Below are positions 16,808 to 23,754 of a stretch of DNA of 23,754 bases, piece after piece. A program made the position numbers and the translations under genes. Location of the stretch: assembly GCA_038248345.1 (NCBI GenBank), contig JBBRXO010000035.1, positions 1 through 23,754 of the forward strand. The letters run 5' to 3'. Each line of letters opens with the position of its first letter. Position 1 is the stretch's first letter. The notes beneath the pieces were generated by a model. The model did no database searches. It worked only from the letters and a program-made list of their open reading frames with translations, and was not told the DNA's origin. Source of the stretch: Armatimonadota bacterium. Its GTDB lineage: Bacteria > Armatimonadota > Hebobacteria > CAIYQO01.

Positions 16808-17554
16808 TTACTGCGCCATTCGTACATTAACCCCCAGGAAGACGTTCGCTTTTTTGCCGCCGAATACACCGTCTACCGCATTGGTGACACCACCCTGGAT
16901 ACCGACATTATCCGAGACTGGCACCCGCACCGAGATAGAGTACAGCGCGGCCCGGTCATAAGGTGAGCATTTCGCCTGCACTTCCGCATTTATGTCCAAC
17001 TTCGGATAAACCGCCTCAACTCCCAGAAAGGGGCGGATAGTGTCGGAACCGCTGGTGTGGAGGTAATTGATGCCATAACTGGTGAAGAGCAATGGATATC
17101 GAACATCCATTTTTTTGTAATCGATATCGGTACGCACATTATGCGAGCCGACGAGTGATATTTGCAGAATTTCATCCGGGCCGCCAGCGACGCCACCATT
17201 CACCGATCCCTGGTAAGTGCAGGCGACTGCGTAATAATCCGCCAGCCCTGCCACGCTGGGCAACTGATAGGTTGCACTGCCGCCCAGCCGCCGCAACTGC
17301 ATTTTTTCGCCAGCGATCTGCGTGGTGACGCCAACCTCCAGCCGCTCACTGGCAGCATAATTTGCGCGCACCAGTGAATAGCCATTATCATTCAAGGTAA
17401 GCTGATCCAGCGCAATTTCAACATTATCTGGTACTAGCACATTATTAGCTTGTGGTGTAATCACCCCACCAGACGGCCCCGTGAGCGAGGGAACAGCGTA
17501 TGTTGCCGTAGCAAGCGCGCCAATAAGCAGTGCAGCAGTGATAACTTTTATCAT
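16808..17554 (-). CDS. Secreted hypothetical protein, probable outer-membrane beta-barrel (YjbH-like N-terminus)
   Basis: Signal peptide MIKVITAALLIGALATATYA, then PSLTGPSGGVITPQA, alternating amphipathic strands and C-terminal VFLGVNVR. Confidence 0.6.
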   Translation of the reverse strand: MIKVITAALLIGALATATYAVPSLTGPSGGVITPQANNVLVPDNVEIALDQLTLNDNGYSLVRANYAASERLEVGVTTQIAGEKMQLRRLGGSATYQLPSVAGLADYYAVACTYQGSVNGGVAGGPDEILQISLVGSHNVRTDIDYKKMDVRYPLLFTSYGINYLHTSGSDTIRPFLGVEAVYPKLDINAEVQAKCSPYDRAALYSISVRVPVSDNVGIQGGVTNAVDGVFGGKKANVFLGVNVRMAQ

Positions 17555-17583
17555 TTTTTCTCCCTGTGTAAATAACCGAATCC

Positions 17584-17668
17584 AGCGTAACTATTGTGGG
17601 GGGAGATGTCAAGGGGTGGAGATCCGTCATTAAGGAAATTTGACACGCAAACGCAGCAGGTATATCTT
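17584..17668. promoter_or_regulatory. Back-to-back divergent sigma70 promoters
   Basis: Minus strand TTGACA (17612-17607)-N17-TACGCT (17589-17584). Plus strand TTGACA (17640-17645)-N17-TATCTT (17663-17668). Confidence 0.6.
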
Positions 17669-17714
17669 TATAGCTTGCCGTACAAACGGAGAGTAACAAT
17701 GATAAGGGAGAAAG

Positions 17715-18914
17715 ATGATGAATCTGGATGAGGCGCAACAGATCGACGCGCAGTGTTATTTTACACTTTATGCGCGCACACCGCTGATGATCACCCGCGG
17801 GGCGGGGATGTATTGCTGGGATGACCGCGAGCGCCGCTATCTGGATTTCTGCAGCGGAGGCCGCGCGGTGAACGGGCTGGGGCACTGCCACCCGAAGGTG
17901 GTGGCGGCTATCTGCGCGCAGGCGGGCGTGTTGATGCACACATCCAACGATTATTATACCGAGCCGCAAGAGCGCCTGGCGCAACTGCTCACCGGGTTAT
18001 CCCCGCTGAATAAGGTCTTCTTCTGCAACAGTGGCGCGGAGGCGGTGGAGGCAGCGCTGAAGCTGGCGCGCAAGCACGGCCAGCGCGACTCGGCGGAGCG
18101 GGTGGAGATCATCAGCACGCTGAAATCCTTCCATGGCCGCACCATGGGGGCGATAACCGCCACCGGGCAGCCGAAATATCAGCAGGGGTTCGCTCCGCTG
18201 GTGCCGGGCTTCAAATACGTGGATTTCAACGACCTGGCGGCGATGGACGCGGCCATTAACAATAAAACCTGCGCGGTGATCCTGGAGCCGGTGCAGGGCG
18301 AGAGCGGCGTCTACCCCGCCACGCAGGAGTATATGGCGGGCGTGTGCCGGCTGTGCGACGAGCGCGGCGCAGCGCTGATCCTCGACGAAGTGCAGACGGG
18401 CGTGGGCCGCACCGGCAAGTTCTTCGCCTTCGAGCATTACGGCATCGTGCCGGATATCGTCACGCTGTCCAAAGCGATCGGCGGCGGCATGCCCTTTGGC
18501 GCCATGCTGGCAAAGGAGCCGGTGGCCTCGGCCTTCCAGCCGGGCGATCATGCCACTACCTTCGGCGGCACGCCCATCGCGGCAGCGGCGGCGCTGGCGG
18601 CGGTGACGGCCGTCATCGAAGAGAAGATGCCGGAGAACGCGGCCAAAATCGGCGTGTTGCTGGCCAAACGTGCGGCGGAGCTGCAGGCGCGCAACCCGCT
18701 GGTGGCGGATTTCCGCGTGTGCGGCTGCATGATGGCCATCGACCTGGCAATGCCCATCGCCGCGGCGGTGAAGGACAACGCGCAAGCCAATGGCCTGCTC
18801 ATCCTCACCGTAGGCGCCACCATGCTACGCCTCCTCCCCGCGCTAATCTGCACCCCCGAGCAAGTAGAGGAAGCGTTCGCGATCATCGAAAAGGCGCTGG
18901 AGGCGTGCGGATAG
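17715..18914 (+). CDS. argD: Acetylornithine/succinyl-DAP aminotransferase, class III PLP enzyme
   Basis: Motifs FFCNSGAEA, SFHGRT, EPVQGESG, DEVQTGVGRTG, TLSKAIGGG (PLP lysine) and HATTFGG. Confidence 0.92.
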   Translation: MMNLDEAQQIDAQCYFTLYARTPLMITRGAGMYCWDDRERRYLDFCSGGRAVNGLGHCHPKVVAAICAQAGVLMHTSNDYYTEPQERLAQLLTGLSPLNKVFFCNSGAEAVEAALKLARKHGQRDSAERVEIISTLKSFHGRTMGAITATGQPKYQQGFAPLVPGFKYVDFNDLAAMDAAINNKTCAVILEPVQGESGVYPATQEYMAGVCRLCDERGAALILDEVQTGVGRTGKFFAFEHYGIVPDIVTLSKAIGGGMPFGAMLAKEPVASAFQPGDHATTFGGTPIAAAAALAAVTAVIEEKMPENAAKIGVLLAKRAAELQARNPLVADFRVCGCMMAIDLAMPIAAAVKDNAQANGLLILTVGATMLRLLPALICTPEQVEEAFAIIEKALEACG

Positions 18915-18932
18915 GATTAATAGACGGCATTT

Positions 18933-19089
18933 GTTGATCGTAGTGTGGGCACCGATGCCTATACTACGATCAACTTATGCGTGAGTGAAGTCAAAGCCAG
19001 AACCTAACGTGGGTTCCACCCACAACCCAATATCTTATCTGTCCTGCAAGCAATTGTGGCATGGGCGGGACGCCCATGCCACGATCAAC
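18933..19089. repeat. Composite palindromic element made of two related REP-like hairpins
   Basis: GTTGATCGTAGTGTGGGCA-CCGA-TGCCTATACTACGATCAAC (18933-18974) and GTGGCATGGGCG-GGA-CGCCCATGCCAC-GATCAAC (19056-19089). Confidence 0.7.
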
Positions 19090-19142
19090 CCACAACGTGC
19101 AGCTTTTCAATGCAAGTTGTTTAGAATATTACCATGAAGGGG

Positions 19143-19169
19143 CTACAGACCTACAGACCTACAGACCTA
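19143..19169. repeat. Octamer tandem repeat (CTACAGAC)x3
   Basis: CTACAGACCTACAGACCTACAGACCTA, directly upstream of the lysA -35 box. Confidence 0.85.
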
Positions 19170-19173
19170 AAAT

Positions 19174-19203
19174 TTGACACTCATCCCCGCCCAACCCTAT
19201 AAT
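19174..19203 (+). promoter_or_regulatory. Consensus sigma70 promoter of lysA
   Basis: TTGACA-N18-TATAAT. Confidence 0.8.
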
Positions 19204-19212
19204 TATCACCAT

Positions 19213-19269
19213 ATGTCGATACTGACAAAAACAACTGAAAACATTGACGGTAAACCTGGCGGCGGTTAG
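19213..19269 (+). CDS. Putative leader peptide MSILTKTTENIDGKPGGG
   Basis: ATG 9 nt after the -10 box; the ORF ends across the predicted antiterminator strand. Confidence 0.4.
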   Translation: MSILTKTTENIDGKPGGG

Positions 19270-19295
19270 TCGCGTGGAACGTCGTTCGCGCGTCT

Positions 19296-19330
19296 TGCCG
19301 CAGGGGTTAATAACCTGCGGTATTTTTTTT
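19296..19330 (+). terminator. Attenuator-type intrinsic terminator in the lysA 5' leader
   Basis: TGCCGCAGG-GGTTAATAA-CCTGCGGTA followed by T8, between the promoter and the lysA RBS. Confidence 0.8.
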
Positions 19331-19359
19331 AGCTGGCGCGCAGGAGAGGGGTAAATATT

Positions 19360-20670
19360 ATGTTGCTGGGAACACAGAGGATTAATGAAGCTGGGCATCT
19401 GGAGATCGGCGGCTGCGATACGCTGGAGCTGGCGGCGGCGTTCGGCACGCCGCTCTATGTGATGGACGAGGCGGATATCCGCGCCCGGTGTCGCTCACTG
19501 CGTGCCGCCTATGAGGCCCGCTACCCGCAGACGCTGATGTTATACGCAGCCAAGGCGTTCATTAACAAAGCCATTTGCCGTATCATGGATGAGGAGGGCA
19601 TGGGGCTGGACCTCTCCAGCGGGGGCGAGGTCTACACCGCGCTAAAGGCCGATTTCCCTATGGAGCGCGTCTACCTGCACGGCAATAACAAGTCGCTGTG
19701 GGAGCTGGAGCTGGCCATCTCCTCGAGGGTGGGCCGCATTGTGCTGGATAACGAGCGTGAGATGGACATGGTGCAGGAGGTGGCCGCCAGCCACGGCGTG
19801 GTGCAGGATGTGCTGCTGCGCGTGACGCCGGGCATCAAGCCGGAGACGCACAGCTATATACAGACCGGGCAGATAGACACCAAGTTCGGCCTGGGGATGA
19901 GTACCGGCTGCGCCAAGCGCGGGCTGGCGAAGGCGCAACAGCTGCCCAACCTGAACATCGTGGGCTTGCATTGCCACATCGGCTCTAACATAATGGGGCT
20001 GGACAGCTTCGAGATGGCCGCGCGCATGATGATCCGCTTCGCCGCACAACTGCGCGACGAGCTGGGGCTGACTATCGCCGAGCTAGACCTCGGTGGTGGC
20101 GTCGGCGTGCGTTATCGCAGCGACGACCAGCCGCCCACCCCGGAAGAGTACGCCGATGCAGTGATCACCGGCCTGCATGATGAGCTGGCCAAGTATAGCC
20201 TGCCCTACCCGCTGCTGCTGCAGGAGCCGGGCCGCTCAATCGTGGGCGAGGCGGGTACCACGCTCTACACCATCGGCACTATCAAAGATGTACCTAACAT
20301 TCGCAAATACGTCAGCGTCGACGGCGGCCTCAGCGATAACCCGCGTCCGGCGCTCTACGAGGCGGTCTATGAGGCAGTGGTAGCCAATAAGCCGAACGCC
20401 CCGGTGACCCAGAAGGTGCGCCTGGCGGGCAAGCATTGCGAGTGCGACAACCTCATCTTCGACCTGCCGCTGCCCGATGTGGAACCCGGCGACATCCTCG
20501 CCGTGCAGACCACTGGCGCCTACAACTACAGCATGGCCAGCAACTACAACCGCTTCACCCGCCCCGCCGTGGTGCTGGTAAACGAGGGCAAAGCCGAGTT
20601 GATCGCCAACCGTGAGACGTTGGATGACCTGCTGAGCCATGACGTGGTGCCGAAACGGCTTAAAAAATAG
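19360..20670 (+). CDS. lysA: Diaminopimelate decarboxylase
   Basis: Motifs GTPLYVMD, YAAKAF (PLP lysine), HGNNKS, TKFG, HCHIGS, LDLGGG, EPGRSIVG, GKHCE and GAYNYSMASNYN. Confidence 0.97.
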   Translation: MLLGTQRINEAGHLEIGGCDTLELAAAFGTPLYVMDEADIRARCRSLRAAYEARYPQTLMLYAAKAFINKAICRIMDEEGMGLDLSSGGEVYTALKADFPMERVYLHGNNKSLWELELAISSRVGRIVLDNEREMDMVQEVAASHGVVQDVLLRVTPGIKPETHSYIQTGQIDTKFGLGMSTGCAKRGLAKAQQLPNLNIVGLHCHIGSNIMGLDSFEMAARMMIRFAAQLRDELGLTIAELDLGGGVGVRYRSDDQPPTPEEYADAVITGLHDELAKYSLPYPLLLQEPGRSIVGEAGTTLYTIGTIKDVPNIRKYVSVDGGLSDNPRPALYEAVYEAVVANKPNAPVTQKVRLAGKHCECDNLIFDLPLPDVEPGDILAVQTTGAYNYSMASNYNRFTRPAVVLVNEGKAELIANRETLDDLLSHDVVPKRLKK

Positions 20671-20694
20671 CGCATAACATCGGTATTTCATCTA

Positions 20695-20790
20695 GTTTAA
20701 TTCACAGGATACAAGGATACCAGGGATATTAATGTTATTATGTATCTCATCCTTGATATCTTCTCTTTCCTTCTATCCTGTGAATTAGAC
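20695..20790. repeat. Inverted-repeat element built from AGGATA-type units
   Basis: GTTTAATTCACAGGATACAAGGA (20695-20717) pairs with TCCTTCTATCCTGTGAATTAGAC (20768-20790), with two mismatches. Confidence 0.7.
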
Positions 20791-20821
20791 TCTCAATGTG
20801 ACGATCGCTGGAGGATATTTT

Positions 20822-21460
20822 ATGCCTGAATACCTGAACGCAAAACTTGAACAGTACCTTGACCAGCTGGCCTCTGGCGAGCCTATCCCCGGCGGGGGGA
20901 GCGCGGCGGCGCTGGCGGGGGCGATGGGGGCGGCGCTGCTGGCGATGGCCGCACGCTTCACCATGGGACGCCCCAAGTATGCCGACTACGAGGCAGTGGC
21001 CGCGCGGGTGATCGCCGACGCCGATGCGACGCGGCGGGAGCTGCAGCAGTTGATCGAGCAGGATTCGGAGGCCTTCGCCGGCTACGGTGCAGCAATGGCG
21101 TTGCCGCGTGTCACCGATGAGGAAAAGGCGCTGCGCAAGGCCGCTATCCAGGCGGCGACGCTGGAGTCCGCGCAGATACCGCTGCAGATCGCCCAACACT
21201 GCGCCCATCTGCTGGCCGACGCCGTGGAACTGGCCGACAACTGCAACACCAACCTGGTGAGCGACGTAGCCGTGGCCGCCCACATGGCCAAAGCCGCGCT
21301 GGACAGCGCAGTAATCAACGTGCGCCTGAACCTGAAATACCTGGACGACCGCCAGGCAGTGGATGAATTGCAGGCGGCGCTGGACGAACTGGGCGGTGCC
21401 GGGGAAGATGCGGAGAAGGCGGTGGGGAGTGCGTTTAAGGTTATGGGATTATGTCGCTAG
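20822..21460 (+). CDS. fchA: Cyclodeaminase/cyclohydrolase family protein (FTCD_C, FchA-like)
   Basis: Motifs LASGEPIPGGGSAAALAGA, QDSEAF, NLVSDVAVA and AVINVRLNL. RBS GGAGG. Lies upstream of folD. Confidence 0.85.
   Translation: MPEYLNAKLEQYLDQLASGEPIPGGGSAAALAGAMGAALLAMAARFTMGRPKYADYEAVAARVIADADATRRELQQLIEQDSEAFAGYGAAMALPRVTDEEKALRKAAIQAATLESAQIPLQIAQHCAHLLADAVELADNCNTNLVSDVAVAAHMAKAALDSAVINVRLNLKYLDDRQAVDELQAALDELGGAGEDAEKAVGSAFKVMGLCR
21440..21453 (+). repeat. 14-bp direct repeat, left boundary of the abi insert
   Basis: GTTATGGGATTATG, identical to 22561-22574. Confidence 0.75.
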
Positions 21461-21474
21461 TCGCCTTATGCAAC

Positions 21475-21503
21475 TTGACACCAATTCAATGACGATATAC
21501 AAT
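21475..21503 (+). promoter_or_regulatory. Near-consensus sigma70 promoter of the abi locus
   Basis: TTGACA-N17-TACAAT. Confidence 0.8.
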
Positions 21504-21509
21504 AGACCC

Positions 21510-21559
21510 AGCATACCCACCGCGCCTCTGCTTGCAAGCGAAATTCGGTGGGTTTTTTT
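21510..21559 (+). ncRNA. Putative abiF-type structured RNA (antitoxin or leader) ending in a U-tract
   Basis: Stem ACCCACCG (21515-21522)/CGGTGGGT (21546-21553) encloses an internal loop and the hairpin GCTT-GC-AAGC. A T7 run follows. It sits between the promoter and the Abi gene. Confidence 0.6.
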
Positions 21560-21570
21560 GTGGGGATATT

Positions 21571-22476
21571 ATGCTTGACGACAAATCTCCGTTAACATTA
21601 CAACAGCAAGCGGAACTCCTCATTTCCCGCGGTCTGATAGCTGATAAAGATATTCTGATATCGCGCTTGGAAACGGTGTGCTATTACCGACTAACTGCCT
21701 ATTTATACCCATTTCGCCAAAACGGAAAAGAAGAATATCGTGAGAACACTTCTTTGGAGTTAGTCTGGAAATACTACACTTTTGACCGCCAATTGCGCAT
21801 TATCGTTATGGATGCTCTGGAGCGAATTGAGGTTGCGGTACGTTCACAATTAGCCTACCGCTTCACTTGTGCAAATTCTCCTTTTGATTATACTTGCTTT
21901 GAAAATATGTCTGGTTTTAAGAAAGAGAATGAATTTGACCAATGGCTGAAAGGAATGAGGCTTGAATCAAAGCGTGGCCGTGAGACCTTCCTTGAGCACT
22001 TTCGTGGAAAATATGGTGATATTCACGAAATGCCGCCCCTTTGGATGCTTGTCGAAATAATGAGTTTTGGAAAAATGTATTTGTTCTATAAGGGGGTGAA
22101 TAGCAATATCCGACGTGGACTCGCTAGCTCTTATGCTATTAGCGACACGCACCTTACATCATGGTTACATACTTTAAATATTGTCCGAAATATATGCGCT
22201 CATCATGGTAGACTATGGAATCGCGAGCTTGGCATCAAGCCGATGATTCCGAGAGTAAATAAATATCCGCAATGGCACACACCGTTTGTTATTCAGAACA
22301 ATCGTATCTTTTCAGTACTAACGATACTGAAATATCTGCTTCAATACGTGGCACCTACTTCGAATTGGAATTGTCGATTCCGCGATTTGCTGCGGCAGTA
22401 TCCCGAAATACCGATTGAAAAAATGGGCTTTCCACACAATTGGGAGGAACATGCGATTTGGAAAGATTCGTTGTAG
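21571..22476 (+). CDS. Abi_2 (AbiD/AbiF-like) HEPN ribonuclease, abortive infection protein
   Basis: Motifs QQQAELLISRGL, YYRLTAY, YTFDRQLR, LERIEVAVRS, PPLWMLVEIMSFG, HEPN RxxxxH in RNICAHH, and MGFPHNW. Visibly AT-richer than its neighbours. Confidence 0.92.
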   Translation: MLDDKSPLTLQQQAELLISRGLIADKDILISRLETVCYYRLTAYLYPFRQNGKEEYRENTSLELVWKYYTFDRQLRIIVMDALERIEVAVRSQLAYRFTCANSPFDYTCFENMSGFKKENEFDQWLKGMRLESKRGRETFLEHFRGKYGDIHEMPPLWMLVEIMSFGKMYLFYKGVNSNIRRGLASSYAISDTHLTSWLHTLNIVRNICAHHGRLWNRELGIKPMIPRVNKYPQWHTPFVIQNNRIFSVLTILKYLLQYVAPTSNWNCRFRDLLRQYPEIPIEKMGFPHNWEEHAIWKDSL

Positions 22477-22560
22477 TTAATAACTGTTTACAGACATGCG
22501 CCCCCCCTTGCACCTCCATGCGATAAACAGATATTATTGAGGGGTGAACTGTACGAATAA

Positions 22561-22574
22561 GTTATGGGATTATG
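22561..22574 (+). repeat. 14-bp direct repeat, right boundary of the abi insert
   Basis: GTTATGGGATTATG; with the next base it reads V-M-G-L-stop. Confidence 0.75.
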
Positions 22575-22575
22575 A

Positions 22576-22660
22576 GTTCCAAGTTTCAAATTCCAAGTTC
22601 CAAATCTTTACCTGATGCGTTATTGTCATTAGGCCAGCCTTGGAACTTGGAACTTGGAAT
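22576..22660. repeat. Heptamer (GTTCCAA/TTGGAAC) inverted tandem element
   Basis: GTTCCAA-GTTTCAA-ATTCCAA-GTTCCAA faces TTGGAAC-TTGGAAC-TTGGAAT. A 21-bp stretch is identical to 14356-14376. Confidence 0.8.
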
Positions 22661-22684
22661 ATGAAACTATTTTGAAGGAGAATT

Positions 22685-23563
22685 ATGTCTGCAATAGAAC
22701 TGCGTGGCGCCCCGGTGGCGCGTGCTATTAATGAGAAGATCGCCCTTGATGTGGCGGCGCTGGCGGTGCGCGGGGTGACTCCGTGCCTGGTGTCGGTGCA
22801 GGTGGGCGAGGACGACGCCTCGCGTATCTATCGCGGCCAGCAGCAGAAGAAGGCCGCCGCGCTGGGGATAGAATACCGCCGGTGCGACTTGCCGGTGGGC
22901 ACGCAGGCTGATTTGGAGTCGGCGTTGCGTGAGCTGAACGCTGATTTCACCGTCCACGGCATCATCCTGCAGACGCCGCTGCCTCGTGGCTATGACCTGA
23001 ACGCCATGCAGGATATGATCGACCCGCGCAAGGATGTCGACGGCGTCACTGCCGGCAACCTGGGCGCGGTGATGTGCGGGCGTCCGGGGCTGTACCCATC
23101 TACGGCGCAGTCGGCCTACGAGCTGATCCGCGCCAGCGGCATCGAGCTGAAGGGCAAAGAGGCGGTGATTATCGGGCGCAGCGCCATCGTCGGCAAGCCC
23201 GTAGCGATGATGCTGGTAAATGAGCGCGCCACTATCACCATGTGCCACACCGGCACCGAGGCCGCCGGCAAGCTGGAAGAGCACGTGCGCCGCGCCGAGA
23301 TATTGGTGGTGGCAGCGGGCGTAGCCGGCCTCATCCCCGGCAACTGGGTGCGTCCGGGCGCGGTGGTCATCGACGTCGGCATCAACTACGTCAACGACAA
23401 AATCGTCGGCGACATCGACGCCCAGGACATCTCCGAGCGCGCCGCTTACGTATCCCCCGTCCCCGGCGGCGTCGGCCCGCTCACGGTGACGATGCTGCTC
23501 AGGAATACCGTGCTGGCGGCGGAGCGGCTGGCGGGGAGTACTTGCCACACGTCTGCAAGTTAA
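22685..23563 (+). CDS. folD: Methylenetetrahydrofolate dehydrogenase, FolD family
   Basis: Motifs GIILQTPLP, KDVDG, IGRSAIVGKP, VIDVGIN, VGDID and PVPGGVGPLTVTMLLRNT. Confidence 0.95.
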   Translation: MSAIELRGAPVARAINEKIALDVAALAVRGVTPCLVSVQVGEDDASRIYRGQQQKKAAALGIEYRRCDLPVGTQADLESALRELNADFTVHGIILQTPLPRGYDLNAMQDMIDPRKDVDGVTAGNLGAVMCGRPGLYPSTAQSAYELIRASGIELKGKEAVIIGRSAIVGKPVAMMLVNERATITMCHTGTEAAGKLEEHVRRAEILVVAAGVAGLIPGNWVRPGAVVIDVGINYVNDKIVGDIDAQDISERAAYVSPVPGGVGPLTVTMLLRNTVLAAERLAGSTCHTSAS

Positions 23564-23668
23564 TGGTAATGTTGAGATGAGTACGGACGAGATTATGGCA
23601 TTAACGCGGGGTGAAACAAGTTGATGATTCATGATTTTGCCTAACATGGCTATGCCCACAATTCAATT

Positions 23669-23754
23669 GTAGGGGCACAAGGCTTGTGCCCACCCCATAA
23701 CCATACCTTCAATTGGTCTATGTATCCCATACCCCGTATAGAGGGCACATGCCA
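23669..23754. repeat. REPIN-like doublet, family A, running off the window
   Basis: GTAGGGGCACAAGGCTTGTGCCCAC (23669-23693) and GAGGGCACATGCCA (23741-23754), with the same spacing as the 6155 doublet. Confidence 0.85.

Noticed and set aside
17997..18937. 262-aa and 197-aa ORFs overlapping argD
   Set aside because: Arg/Ala-rich alternative-frame artefacts of GC-biased codon usage.
19204..19330. Canonical lysine riboswitch or T-box upstream of lysA
   Set aside because: The region before the terminator is too short and lacks the AGAGGUGC start of the lysine aptamer. GTGGAACG only partly resembles the T-box UGGNACC, and no stem I motifs are visible.
22478..22567. Integron attC site after the abi gene (ATAAC...GTTAT, TACAG/CTGTA arms)
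   Set aside because: R-L box spacings are non-canonical, and there is no second attC or integrase in the window. An IntegronFinder run would settle it.
22667..23659. 330-aa minus-strand ORF
   Set aside because: Antisense shadow of folD.
2468..23754. Repeats as a CRISPR array
   Set aside because: The copies are dispersed or inverted, not regularly spaced direct repeats with unique spacers, and there are no cas genes.

Overview
GC-rich bacterial chromosome segment, probably from a diderm: it has kdsD and a secreted beta-barrel-like protein next to Firmicute-like housekeeping genes. An Armatimonadota-like origin is a guess only. Housekeeping and metabolic genes: iscU, kdsD/kpsF, miaA, a DUF4432 epimerase-like gene, acpP-fabF, rpiB-tagO/wecA-wecB-AI-2E transporter, argD, lysA, fchA-like cyclodeaminase/cyclohydrolase and folD. 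Accessory genes: a partial Uma2 nuclease, a Cys-tailed MarR regulator, two tandem Zn-ribbon/ankyrin paralogues, an alpha/beta hydrolase, two orphan methyltransferases and an Abi_2/AbiF HEPN gene. Main findings: (1) an AbiF-type toxin with its own promoter and a short upstream hairpin RNA, on a 1.1-kb integrase-free insert bounded by a 14-bp direct repeat that displaced the fchA stop codon; (2) a lysA leader with a consensus promoter, an 18-aa leader ORF and mutually exclusive antiterminator/terminator hairpins, with no recognisable lysine riboswitch; (3) a MarR with a CC-x2-C-x7-C tail heading a two-gene operon with iscU; (4) a FolD lacking the cyclohydrolase lysine, paired with FchA; (5) several families of REP/REPIN-like and heptamer-based palindromic elements in the intergenic spaces. 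No rRNA, tRNA, CRISPR array or intact transposase was seen.
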